DNA of 64,000 nucleotides from Candidatus Poribacteria bacterium (GCA_965198175.1 OZ240245.1:3232001-3296000), one strand, 5' to 3'; positions 30,976-40,442 are shown, counted from the first letter of the stretch. Program-made: numbers and translations. Notes: generated by a model not told the origin, from the sequence alone.

Positions 30976-32883
30976 TTAAATCTGTGGGACGATTACATTC
31001 GACAGTGCTTCGATGAGTTCATCTAGATAGACGTGTCGGAAAAACTCCGAAAGCCGCTTCTGCCTTGGCTTCTTTGGGAGCACGATAAAGCCTGCACGGC
31101 TAAGTTGGATGGATTCAAAAACCATGCGATAGGCTTGGCTCGTGGCATACCCGACAATCAACTCATAATGGTCGCCGTGTTTGTCGAGATAGGCGTTGAA
31201 CCGATCAGCGCCCAACTGTATCTGTGCGGTGTTTCTCGGAGACAGCTGGAAATCGTACCGCACGACAGGCTCCTCAGATTCAAATTCTTCCGGGACGGGC
31301 CCATAGAGGCCCGATAGCGTAATTTTGTGAATCTTCCGTTGATTTTCGCCGAAGGCGGTCTGAAGCTTGGTGTTGATGATAGAATGTGTGCGTGAGAGTG
31401 AATACGGTTTTTTCCCTGCGCACGGTATTGCCAAGAGAACCCTCTTATCCTGTGGTGGAGCGTAGCTTTCTGGAATGACAAAGGAATCCGGCGTATAATC
31501 CAGCGAGATGCTTGACGCGTCTTTCCGAGATTGTGAAGTCGCGTCTTCTTCCCACGTTGGCGGGAAAAGTTCCAATTGATTGAGGTTTTTCTTGACCACA
31601 GGCTGCTTTGTTGACGTGGGGATACCCACAACGGTTCTTGCCATCCGACTGGCGAACGCTTCATCGTTTCTTATCAGCCAATCTACCGCCTCCTGAACGC
31701 GTCGCCCAGTTGTAGCACATTGAACTAATTCTTCAATGGCTTCATCGGCTTCAATGGCACGTTTCATGCGCGAAAGCAGTTCCGCTTCCAACTCGTAATT
31801 ATGCAAGGCGATCGCCGCATAGTATTCGCTCTTATATTTTCCGGTCGAAGTCCGTTTATAACTAGCTTCTTCCATTAAGGCGCCCTGCATTTCGTCAAGC
31901 GAAACCTCTCGGCAGATACGGCAGGTGCAAGTCAGTTCGTCCAACTCCATCAGTTTTCGCTTTGATCGTGTCAACGGATCTGAATAGTTGAGCCCCCGCG
32001 CTGCCTGAATGTAGCTAGTGCTGTCAAAGCTATCGATGCCCATATAAGCCAAGATAGGCGCCAGTTCACCTGAGACGCCGAAGGCGTGAATGGGTGTATG
32101 GTGACGCGCTGATTCCGGAATCGCACTTTGAACCCCGCAGATACGCTCAAGCACCTCTGAATCCCGTTTCCCTCGCAGCGGCACTAAAGAGCCGATTGCA
32201 AGCCCGAATGACGGCAGCACGCCCGCAAGACGGTCGAATACCCGCCTAACATAATTCTCAATATCCGATTGGGATTGTCCATGACAGCAAACGTATAAAA
32301 AGGGCGGTTGTGTTTTGGCTGAGAGCAGCGTCGCTACGCGGCAGGCATTCTCTAGACTGAGTTTCATCCGTTTCTCGGCTTCGGAACGTTCTAGCCCCGG
32401 TGGTAACGGATAATCTAAAGAAGCGATCATTTCTCCTCCAAGATCTTCTTGAAGCGCGAGAATGTCATCAGCTTCGGTTTCTTTTTCAATTCCAAATTCC
32501 TTCAGGTCCAACCCCGTGCTATAGAGTAATTTAAATCCACCGGAGTCGAGAAACAGCGGGGCATTATAGACACCGTTAACCTCTTGATACCATTCGCGTA
32601 CGGTTTTGCTCCGCCACTTCGCCAAGTTTTTACCTTTGATTGGAAAGTCCAAAAAATGCAGGACTTGGGATAACATCGGGGTATCATGCTTCATAAAATC
32701 ACGCAGAAGATATTTCCATAGTCCTCCCCCGCGAGGGGTGGAGCCGGTCATAAATGAAACCACCGGATACAAAATCGGCGTTAATAAAGGTGATAACATT
32801 TCCCCATTTCGCTGCAAATGGAGCTCACCAATTCTGCCGCCTTTCCTCTGAACGATGGTGTGGTAAGTTGGAGTTGTGGTCAT
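30976..32883 (-). CDS. TGT-fold (tRNA/DNA-guanine transglycosylase-like) protein fused to a C-terminal ArcS/DUF5591-like domain
   Basis: LDSGGF, SLDYP, AIGSL, HAFG, GIDSFDS and CTCRIC...HN zinc-site motifs; C-terminal IPCAGKKPYSLSRTH and SGLYGPVP-x-E. Confidence 0.8.
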   Translation of the reverse strand: MTTTPTYHTIVQRKGGRIGELHLQRNGEMLSPLLTPILYPVVSFMTGSTPRGGGLWKYLLRDFMKHDTPMLSQVLHFLDFPIKGKNLAKWRSKTVREWYQEVNGVYNAPLFLDSGGFKLLYSTGLDLKEFGIEKETEADDILALQEDLGGEMIASLDYPLPPGLERSEAEKRMKLSLENACRVATLLSAKTQPPFLYVCCHGQSQSDIENYVRRVFDRLAGVLPSFGLAIGSLVPLRGKRDSEVLERICGVQSAIPESARHHTPIHAFGVSGELAPILAYMGIDSFDSTSYIQAARGLNYSDPLTRSKRKLMELDELTCTCRICREVSLDEMQGALMEEASYKRTSTGKYKSEYYAAIALHNYELEAELLSRMKRAIEADEAIEELVQCATTGRRVQEAVDWLIRNDEAFASRMARTVVGIPTSTKQPVVKKNLNQLELFPPTWEEDATSQSRKDASSISLDYTPDSFVIPESYAPPQDKRVLLAIPCAGKKPYSLSRTHSIINTKLQTAFGENQRKIHKITLSGLYGPVPEEFESEEPVVRYDFQLSPRNTAQIQLGADRFNAYLDKHGDHYELIVGYATSQAYRMVFESIQLSRAGFIVLPKKPRQKRLSEFFRHVYLDELIEALSNVIVPQI

Positions 32884-32949
32884 AGTAGGACGTTTTTATG
32901 ACGGTGCATTTAAGGACTAGCGATGCAATGGAATTGAGTGGAGTCCGAT

Positions 32950-34047
32950 TTAATTATCGAATCCATAGTTTACTTGTGTAATTGGGTTTGTATGTTCAGC
33001 GGGACGGTAAAATGAACTTCTTGAGGAATGAGGTCCTTGCGTAGAATGCTCATCAGGTAGCTCATCCAGGCGCTTTTGTGCAATCCGGTTATACGATTCT
33101 TCTTTCTCAATCATCACCCATTTTCGATTCTGTTTTTCTGCGGCAACTCCGGTTGTCCCAGTTCCTGAGAATGGGTCGAGAATCAGGTCACCTTCATTGG
33201 TTCCCGCCAAGATGAGCCGCTCAACAATTTGAAGAGGCTTCTGTGAAGGGTGCTTTCCATATCTTCGTTCCGACGGTTTAGTTAGCGGGATTTCCCACAT
33301 GTTCCGCATCTGCTTGTTATTATTCATCGCCTTCATGGTATGATAGTTAAACGTCCAATTCTTTGCTTTTTTATTTTCATTGTTGACTGCCCATAAAATG
33401 AACTCTGTCGATTCCGTGAACATGCGACAGGTAATATTGGGCTGGGCATTCGGTTTATACCAGACGATCTGGGTAATGATCCGCCGGTCAAAGATATTTT
33501 GCATAATAAACCCAAGTGTGAAGATGCTGTGGAATGAACCGAAAACAAAGATGTTCCCATTCGTCTTGACGACTCTCAGAACTTCAGTGACCCAATCGAG
33601 TGTGAACTGGAAATAGTCGTCTTTTGAAAAGATATCCCAACCCTCCTGCATGGTAAAATGGGAACTGAACGCCCAGCCCAACCCCTTCTTTTGGGACATG
33701 TTGAACGGAGGGTCAGCAATGCAGCAATCGAAAACATCAGTTGGCAAAGAAGGCAGAATACTGAGGCAATCGCCGCATAAAATCTGCTTGACGGAAAGAT
33801 TTTCAGGTGAGGAATCCGGAGGTAAGGTTCGAACTGCTTCTGATGGAACTATCTGTATCTGATTTTCTGACAGGACTGTGGATTCTGCTCTCTGGTCTGG
33901 ATTGAGAGTGGACTTCGGGCGAATTGGATGAACTCCCGTTACAAGATATTGAATCAGTTCGGCTTTATTCAAAGACGAGTATCCTCTTAACCCAAGCTTT
34001 TTCGCCTCCTTTCTCAAATCTTTGTCTCGCATTTGATCGAAATTCAT
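32950..34047 (-). CDS. Beta-class amino-DNA methyltransferase (DpnA-like) with an N-terminal Rho_N-like helical domain
   Basis: DPPF (motif IV) precedes DPFSGTGTT (motif I); HPSQKP; N-terminal LRKEAKKLGLRGYSSLNKAELI. Confidence 0.9.
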   Translation of the reverse strand: MNFDQMRDKDLRKEAKKLGLRGYSSLNKAELIQYLVTGVHPIRPKSTLNPDQRAESTVLSENQIQIVPSEAVRTLPPDSSPENLSVKQILCGDCLSILPSLPTDVFDCCIADPPFNMSQKKGLGWAFSSHFTMQEGWDIFSKDDYFQFTLDWVTEVLRVVKTNGNIFVFGSFHSIFTLGFIMQNIFDRRIITQIVWYKPNAQPNITCRMFTESTEFILWAVNNENKKAKNWTFNYHTMKAMNNNKQMRNMWEIPLTKPSERRYGKHPSQKPLQIVERLILAGTNEGDLILDPFSGTGTTGVAAEKQNRKWVMIEKEESYNRIAQKRLDELPDEHSTQGPHSSRSSFYRPAEHTNPITQVNYGFDN

Positions 34048-34368
34048 TGGTTAGCCCTCTCTTTATTCCTTTACAAACGGGTCACAACTAAGACGCCCCA
34101 CAACCCATATATTGAGACTTTACACTGTAAATATGAAAACCCCATCAAATCAAATGATCTGTGGAAAATGTCGAGCTTAAGCGATATGCATAAGGATTGC
34201 GCATGTGATTGAATCATTGGGAAACAGACAATCCCTGGCACTATGTAGTGTCGGTGAAGTTGTGAGATGTGCGTGCGTAAAGTCAACGGTCGTACGGCTG
34301 GGGCGATGAGTAAACGTTAAGACTATATGATGTGGGATCTCCGGTGTGTACTGCAACATGCTCGCCTT

Positions 34369-35187
34369 CTATCGTCTCACCGTCTGCGTCGGGGTTAGAA
34401 AGGGGGTTTTTAGCATGCCCCAAATCGTCTGCCACTGCAAGTCATCGAAATCAGATAGCCCCATTTCAATGGTCCCCGGCTGTTCCTTCAAGCGAAGGGT
34501 CCTTGCCACTCGATCCCAGACTGAAAAGATACTCGAAAAGTTGGAGTCTGTTTCCGGCTGAAAACGGGAGTGATGTACCCGGTGCATATTCGGAGAGACG
34601 ATTAACACACGAAGGCAGCGATCGCATTTTTCTGGCAAGTTAACGTTGCTATGATGGAATTGAATCACTGGAAGCAGAACCAACTCATAGAGGATGATTT
34701 GCCACAAGTTCAACCCTAGCAAGGGAATGATTGCAAGCCTTAAAATTGACGAGATAACCAGTTCGCCGGTATGAAAACGGGTCGCGGTGGTGACATCCAT
34801 ATCGGGGTCGCTGTGATGCATACGATGGAAACGCCACAGCAATGGAATGACATGATTCGCACGGTGCCACAAATACATCCAGCCATCGAACAAGAGAATC
34901 GCAATCAATGCCTCTGTCCAGATTGGAAATCTCAAGGCGTGCAATAATCCGGCGGAGTGGTTTTGGCTCCAACTAGCGACCATTGCGGTTAGGCTGGCAA
35001 AGACCAGTCCGATAATCGCTGTGTTCAATACGGCAATCGCCAAGTTTCGTCCAGCGTGCCGAACTCGATGTTGACGCTCCCGGAACAGTGGCAGCCAAGT
35101 TTCTACACACCAGAGAATTAGTAAAACAGCGATTCCCACTTTAGTCTTAGTCCCGCTAAGCGTTGCAGTGAAGTCCATTTTCCCCAC
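34369..35187 (-). CDS. Sterol desaturase/fatty acid hydroxylase family protein
   Basis: His boxes HRANH, HRMHH, FHHSN and HRVHH. Confidence 0.9.
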   Translation of the reverse strand: MGKMDFTATLSGTKTKVGIAVLLILWCVETWLPLFRERQHRVRHAGRNLAIAVLNTAIIGLVFASLTAMVASWSQNHSAGLLHALRFPIWTEALIAILLFDGWMYLWHRANHVIPLLWRFHRMHHSDPDMDVTTATRFHTGELVISSILRLAIIPLLGLNLWQIILYELVLLPVIQFHHSNVNLPEKCDRCLRVLIVSPNMHRVHHSRFQPETDSNFSSIFSVWDRVARTLRLKEQPGTIEMGLSDFDDLQWQTIWGMLKTPFLTPTQTVRR

Positions 35188-35292
35188 CCTGAGTATTGAG
35201 ACCTAAACCAATCCGGGTATTCGATCCGCTCTGTACAGTTATTCAACGTGCCTCGGAAAATAACACGCAATGGGTTGCGCTGCGACGTAATT

Positions 35293-36519
35293 TCACTCTC
35301 CAATCACAACGCCGTATTCACCTACCACGGCGCCTCTGTGCTTGTCTTGATAGTGCATGTGCCGCTCGCCAACGATCGACTGCGTGCTCTGGACTTCGAT
35401 AGTACCGATAACATCTCCCATGGCGTTGTCGTCAACATCCCAACAGCAGAACGGTTTAATGGTATTGTGGAGTTGTCTGAGTACATTTCCATGCCTGTCA
35501 CGTATCACGATGTTGACCATCGCATCTGCCTCATCGACGTTCAAGAAGCGAAACCAGTCATGCGACCCGGTGTGGACTTCGGGGAAAAAGAGATGACGAC
35601 CGACATGACCGCCCTCCGCCGATGCACCCGGTAGATCGACAATGCTTGTACCGCTGTGCATGTGGCGTTCCGCTGCGATGGGCTGGTCGCTTTGAACCAT
35701 GATAGACGATTTTATCTTAATCGCGTCCATATCAGGAGTCCAGCATTCAAATGACTTGAGAGTCTTGTCCGCCGACCAAACAGGGTTACCGGTGCTGTCC
35801 TCCCGTGCTACCATCGTAACTTTTGCCTCTTCCTGTCCAACATTCACAACAATCGCCCAATCATGCCAGGCGGGTCCAATTTCAGGGAAGTACAGTGTTG
35901 TTGGTCCATCAGAAATTACCTGCCCAAATTGACCCACGGAAGTCTGTCCACCCTGATAGTGCAGATGCCGTTCGCCAACAACGGGTTGTGTGCTCTGTAC
36001 TTCGACAGTTCCGACCACATTTCCCATGGTCTCCTCGGCGAGATCCCAAGTACAAAGCGGTGGTATCTGCCGATGGTGTTGTCTAATAACGTCTCCATTT
36101 CTGTTGCGGATTACCAGGTTCACTAGCGCTTCTGCTTCCCCGACATTCAAAAATCGAAACCAGTCCCGTGCGCCGGACACCAGTTCTGGAAAAAAAAGAC
36201 GTTGACCGACCGTTTCATATTCGACCGCTGCGCCCACAAAATCCATAACATTGGTGCCGCCGTGCATATGCCGCTCTGCAACAATCGGCTGGTCAGCCGT
36301 GAATTGCATGGAGGAATTCTCTCCAATTGCTTCAACATTCGGTGTCCAGCATTCAAATGCGTCAATCTCCTTTTCCTCGGACCAGGTAGGCTGACCATTT
36401 GCAGGATGCCTTGCAATCGCCAATACCTTAGTGGGTTCATTCCCGACATTGACTACCTGGACCCAATCCTCCCACGCGGGACCGACTTCAGGGAAATAGA
36501 GTGTCGTTGCTCCTGGCAT
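35293..36519 (-). CDS. Four-repeat beta-rich protein (DUF5719-like repeats) of unknown function
   Basis: Four ~100-aa repeats, each running L[YF]FPE...W...N...ERH[ML]H; AGGAG RBS before ATG 36519. Confidence 0.65.
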   Translation of the reverse strand: MPGATTLYFPEVGPAWEDWVQVVNVGNEPTKVLAIARHPANGQPTWSEEKEIDAFECWTPNVEAIGENSSMQFTADQPIVAERHMHGGTNVMDFVGAAVEYETVGQRLFFPELVSGARDWFRFLNVGEAEALVNLVIRNRNGDVIRQHHRQIPPLCTWDLAEETMGNVVGTVEVQSTQPVVGERHLHYQGGQTSVGQFGQVISDGPTTLYFPEIGPAWHDWAIVVNVGQEEAKVTMVAREDSTGNPVWSADKTLKSFECWTPDMDAIKIKSSIMVQSDQPIAAERHMHSGTSIVDLPGASAEGGHVGRHLFFPEVHTGSHDWFRFLNVDEADAMVNIVIRDRHGNVLRQLHNTIKPFCCWDVDDNAMGDVIGTIEVQSTQSIVGERHMHYQDKHRGAVVGEYGVVIGE

Positions 36520-36594
36520 CGTTACATCTCCTAAAAATAGATACACATTTTACCAATCTCTCAGAGTAGAACATCGTCAGCTAAAATTACGTTC

Positions 36595-37557
36595 CTACCG
36601 AATTGCGATGGGATTGCCCGGTGACCCAGTTGCGCCCTTGAGTCTGAGAGGCGAGAAGACAAAGGCGAATTCGTAAACTTTATCTCGCACCAAGTTTTCG
36701 GTGATAAGGTTCTCAAGGTTGTAAATTCCGTTTTTTGGTAAGAACAGTTGATGGACCGGAAAGGACAGAGATTCGTCGGGATGGGGAACCACTTCAATTG
36801 CCCAAGTATCGGCGCCCGCCATGACAATTTTCTTATCAACCAAGTATTTCCCCGCCTCCAGTCCGATTCCGGGTTCGGTCGCGCCATAGCGTTCGTTGTC
36901 CGTCATCCAAAATTTCCCCCAGCCGGTATGGAATAGAACGAAGTCGCCCGGCTTGATTTCGGTTCCTTGCCGTTTTAATGCACCTTTCAAATCTGCCAAC
37001 GTGATTTCATAACCGCCTTCCAGATGTTCCACGCCCTTGTAGCCGGCGATGTCAATCAGTACACCGCGGGTAAAGAAGACGCCGACATTCTCTACGCCGA
37101 GTTTTGTCAACCCGCCAGGTTTGGCAAAATCGTGCCGATTAAACCCGTTGTAGTAGAGATCGCCGATGCCGACGTGCCCTAATCCATCGAATTGTGTGCC
37201 AACTTGACCAATCTGACCGCTGAAGATTTCATCATGCGATGTGAGCTGATTCTCGCCGGATGGATCTGTTGTGTGTGGGATTAGTAAACTGTAGTGGCGC
37301 GTACCGACTAGGGGCATGCCTACTTCATACACCCTGCCTAACTGATAGATTTTTCCTTCTTTAATTAAACTCACCGCCTCCAATACTTTTGCGGGGGTTA
37401 CACGGTTTGCCGCGCCGCGTTGGTCGTCAGAACCCCATTCGGATGGGTACCATTTTGATTCTTGAGTGATTGTCCATGTTGTCGCCAATGCGATAAATAA
37501 CATCACCATTCCGGTGAGAACTAGGGGTTTAATTCGCTGTGATTGTCTTCTAGTCAT
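36595..37557 (-). CDS. Exported cyclase family (kynurenine formamidase-like) metal hydrolase
   Basis: WG-x-x-DQRGAAN, GTQFDGLGH, GADTWAIE and GATGSPGNPIA motifs; signal-like N-terminus. Confidence 0.88.
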   Translation of the reverse strand: MTRRQSQRIKPLVLTGMVMLFIALATTWTITQESKWYPSEWGSDDQRGAANRVTPAKVLEAVSLIKEGKIYQLGRVYEVGMPLVGTRHYSLLIPHTTDPSGENQLTSHDEIFSGQIGQVGTQFDGLGHVGIGDLYYNGFNRHDFAKPGGLTKLGVENVGVFFTRGVLIDIAGYKGVEHLEGGYEITLADLKGALKRQGTEIKPGDFVLFHTGWGKFWMTDNERYGATEPGIGLEAGKYLVDKKIVMAGADTWAIEVVPHPDESLSFPVHQLFLPKNGIYNLENLITENLVRDKVYEFAFVFSPLRLKGATGSPGNPIAIR

Positions 37558-37743
37558 TGATATCTCCTTGCGTTTGCTAACGTTTATGCTCAAGAGCGAA
37601 GCCACGTGTGAAAGGATTTTACGAAAGGTGACGACTTGAAGGGGATGTCTTTCCCTTCTCAAAATATCAGTTTAGCAGAATCAATAAGCTAAATCAAGAG
37701 AATTCATAGACACGGTACCTTCTCAAGGCGAAAAATAAAACGC

Positions 37744-37773
37744 TTGACGTCCGCTTTTTCCCTCTGCTATTAT
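37744..37773 (+). promoter_or_regulatory. Probable sigma70 promoter for tatD
   Basis: TTGACG-18 nt-TATTAT with TG extension. Confidence 0.5.
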
Positions 37774-37866
37774 CTTCCTGTGGGAAGACTGATGTATTGA
37801 CCCGCAAGATTATTGAGATGCTGAAAGAATTTTGATCGCACATTTGAGAGGCTAGTGTACATCGCC

Positions 37867-38652
37867 ATGCTCGTTGACTCACACGCTCATATTCAACTCG
37901 ATGCGTTCGATGCGGATCGAGAGGCAGTATTGGAACGCGCCCAGGAAGAGAAGGTTCACGCCATTCTAACGATTGGATTTGATTTGGAGACGAGCCGAGG
38001 TGCGATTAGACTAGCCGAACAATACGAACAGGTCAATGCCACGGTTGGCATGCATCCCCACGATGCTAAAGATTTCAACGACGAAACCACTGAGATTTTT
38101 CGTGACCTTGCTGCCCACCCGAAGGTAGTCGCGCTTGGAGAAATAGGGCTCGACTACTACCGCGATCTCACGCCGCGTCCGATGCAGAAGATAGCGTTCG
38201 AGCAGCAGTTGAATCTCGCAGAGGAGTTAAATCTTCCAATCGTCATCCACAACCGCGAAGCCTACCACGATATCATTCCGATTTTGCAGGCGCGGCGTGG
38301 GCGAATCGAAGGCGTGATGCACTGCTTTTCTGGAGGCGTCGAAATCATGCACCATAGCCTCGAACTCGGGTTTTACATCGGAATCGGAGGTCCTGTTACA
38401 TATCGTAAATCTCACGAGCTAAAGGAGGTGGCACGCGAGGTCCCCGCGAATCGCTTGCTTGTGGAAACGGACTGCCCGTGGCTGGCACCGCAGTTTCGAC
38501 GCGGTAAACGCAACGAACCGGCTTATGTACGTGCAATAGCGGAGAAAATTGCGGAACTACGTGGCGTAACGTTGGAAGACATTGGCGAAACGACAACACG
38601 GAACTTTGAGAATCTGTTTGGGAGAAGCAAGCCGGTCGGCAAATCCGTTTAA
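37867..38652 (+). CDS. tatD: TatD family deoxyribonuclease
   Basis: DSHAH, HPH, GEIGLDYY, HCFSG and ETDCP motifs. Confidence 0.95.
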   Translation: MLVDSHAHIQLDAFDADREAVLERAQEEKVHAILTIGFDLETSRGAIRLAEQYEQVNATVGMHPHDAKDFNDETTEIFRDLAAHPKVVALGEIGLDYYRDLTPRPMQKIAFEQQLNLAEELNLPIVIHNREAYHDIIPILQARRGRIEGVMHCFSGGVEIMHHSLELGFYIGIGGPVTYRKSHELKEVAREVPANRLLVETDCPWLAPQFRRGKRNEPAYVRAIAEKIAELRGVTLEDIGETTTRNFENLFGRSKPVGKSV

Positions 38653-38892
38653 GTATTAGGGAATCGGGATCTTGCGCCAGGTTCCGTGAAAACAGTGCTC
38701 AAGCCGATTATTGGAGTCCGAAACTTGGGCAATTGTCAAGCCCAATCAAAAATAGGGGCTTCTATGGACTGAAGAGTGCTTCGCTAACTTTAATATAATC
38801 AACGTGGAGCAACGCCTCTGGTCCATCAAAGGAAGCTTGATAGGGTATTCATCAATTATCAGCAATCTCGCGGTTTGTCCTACCGGCAAACG

Positions 38893-40014
38893 ATGAACAG
38901 ACTCAATCTTCGCACCTACGCTATGGTGCTTGCACTCATCTGTATCTGGGCTATCTTCACGGCAATTACCGAAGGAACATTTCTAAAGAATCGCAACCTT
39001 TCAAACCTCTCCCGTCAGGCGTCGGTGACAGCTATCCTTGCTGTCGGTATGGTGCTAGTCATTGTCTCGTCAAATATCGATCTCTCTGTCGGCTACGGTT
39101 CTGGGCTGCTTGGTGCAATCGCTGTAATTATACACGTCTGGTGGGGACAGAGCCCGTTCGTTGCGATACTTGCAACGATATGTCTGGGGATACTAATCGG
39201 GGCGGTACAAGGATTTTTCGTGGCGTATCAGCGAGTGCCCGCGTTTATTGTCACGCTGGGGGGCTTTATGGTCTGTCGCGGCTTGATGTTGGCAGCCACC
39301 AGAGGCGAGACCATCTTGCTTCCGAACGACTGGTTCAAAGCAATCGGAAATGCCTACCTTCCAAAATCAATCGGCTGGGTGTTAGCAATTACTGCCCTGA
39401 TTTTCGGCGCATATGTCTTCTATCGTCAGCGCAGAGCCCGGATAAGCTACGGGTTCACGGTGGCTTCGACGCCTATCTTCCTTCTGAAAATCGGCGGAAC
39501 ATGGGCGTTAATTATCAGTTTCATCGCCGTCATGAACAGTCATGAAGGCATTGCGCTGCCCGTTTGCATTTTGTTCGCATTAGCCCTTATCTTTCACTTC
39601 ATCGCTAACAACACCCGCTTTGGGCGTTACGTTTACGCGATTGGGGGCAATTCGGAAGCTGCGTATCTCTCTGGAATCAACGTTAGAAAAGTCACGCTGC
39701 GTGTTTTTGCAATTATGGGCGCACTCATGGGAGTTGCCGGCGTTGTGCTCGCCTCGCGGGTGGGAAGCGCAACCCCAGAAGCAGGTCGCTTACTTGAATT
39801 AGATGCAATCGCAGCTTGTGTTATCGGCGGTGCGAGTTTAATGGGTGGGCGTGGGAGCGTACCGGGCGCGGTATTGGGAGCGCTCGTGATGGAAAGTCTT
39901 AACAACGGCATGAGCATGGCAAACATGGATGCCTCATGGCAAGACATTATTAAGGGGGTCGTATTGGTGGCAGCTGTTTGGTTTGACATTGCGTCGAGAC
40001 GGCGCGGTCGGTGA
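38893..40014 (+). CDS. Sugar ABC transporter permease (XylH/RbsC family)
   Basis: IDLSVG, VPAFIVTLGG, GRYVYAIGGNSEAA-x-LSGI and ELDAIAACVIGG motifs. Confidence 0.92.
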   Translation: MNRLNLRTYAMVLALICIWAIFTAITEGTFLKNRNLSNLSRQASVTAILAVGMVLVIVSSNIDLSVGYGSGLLGAIAVIIHVWWGQSPFVAILATICLGILIGAVQGFFVAYQRVPAFIVTLGGFMVCRGLMLAATRGETILLPNDWFKAIGNAYLPKSIGWVLAITALIFGAYVFYRQRRARISYGFTVASTPIFLLKIGGTWALIISFIAVMNSHEGIALPVCILFALALIFHFIANNTRFGRYVYAIGGNSEAAYLSGINVRKVTLRVFAIMGALMGVAGVVLASRVGSATPEAGRLLELDAIAACVIGGASLMGGRGSVPGAVLGALVMESLNNGMSMANMDASWQDIIKGVVLVAAVWFDIASRRRGR

Positions 40015-40061
40015 TATCGGATAACTTGACTCATACAGAAATTGCAAAAATGGAGGAAATT

Positions 40062-40409
40062 ATGACCGTGAATTGGATGTATTCCAGAAATAGCTGAGCA
40101 TCCTGTCGAAAAGCGCAAGAGTTTCTTGACGCAAATGACATTGAAGTAAGTAGCCGAACGGATGCCCGTAAGGTGAAGTTAAATCCCACAGAGGTCTGGG
40201 AGCATTTCAAAACCGCCCATTCCATTCACGTTGCCCGGGGCAAAGAGGTCGATGTTTTCGATCCAAATGCTAGTCCGCAAGACGCCATCCTCAAAGCGGT
40301 AATGGGACGAAGCGGAAACCTGCGCGCACCCACGCTACAACTCGGAGATACGTTTTTCGTGGGGTTCAATGCGAAGCTATACGATTCTAACGACATGAGC
40401 GCTGCGTGA
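40062..40409 (+). CDS. ArsC/Spx-like thioredoxin-fold selenoprotein (UxxC; Sec at TGA 40095-40097)
   Basis: GGAGG RBS and ATG 40062 give MTVNWMYSRNS-U-ASCRKAQEFL, in frame with ORF 40173-40409 (GRSGNLRAPT...VGFN). Confidence 0.85.
40104..40140 (+). promoter_or_regulatory. Bacterial SECIS-like hairpin immediately 3' of the in-frame TGA
   Basis: TGTC..GCGCAAGA-GTT-TCTTG(A)CGC..GACA stem-loop with G at the start of the apical loop. Confidence 0.6.
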
Positions 40410-40442
40410 CACGGACACACAGGAATGTAGCTTTCGACAACA

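Noticed and set aside
30976..32883. Calling this gene housekeeping tgt or dpdA
   Set aside because: Its length, the extra ArcS-like domain and the absence of queA/yajC or dpdB/dpdC neighbours do not support either symbol.
34048..34130. preQ1 riboswitch upstream of the MTase-TGT unit
   Set aside because: A hairpin precedes the RBS on the minus strand, but the preQ1-I loop and A-rich tail pattern is not recognisable.
19132..35187. Sterol pathway linking the SCP2-like and sterol desaturase-like genes
   Set aside because: They are 15 kb apart and unlinked, and both families are broad and common in bacteria that do not use sterols.
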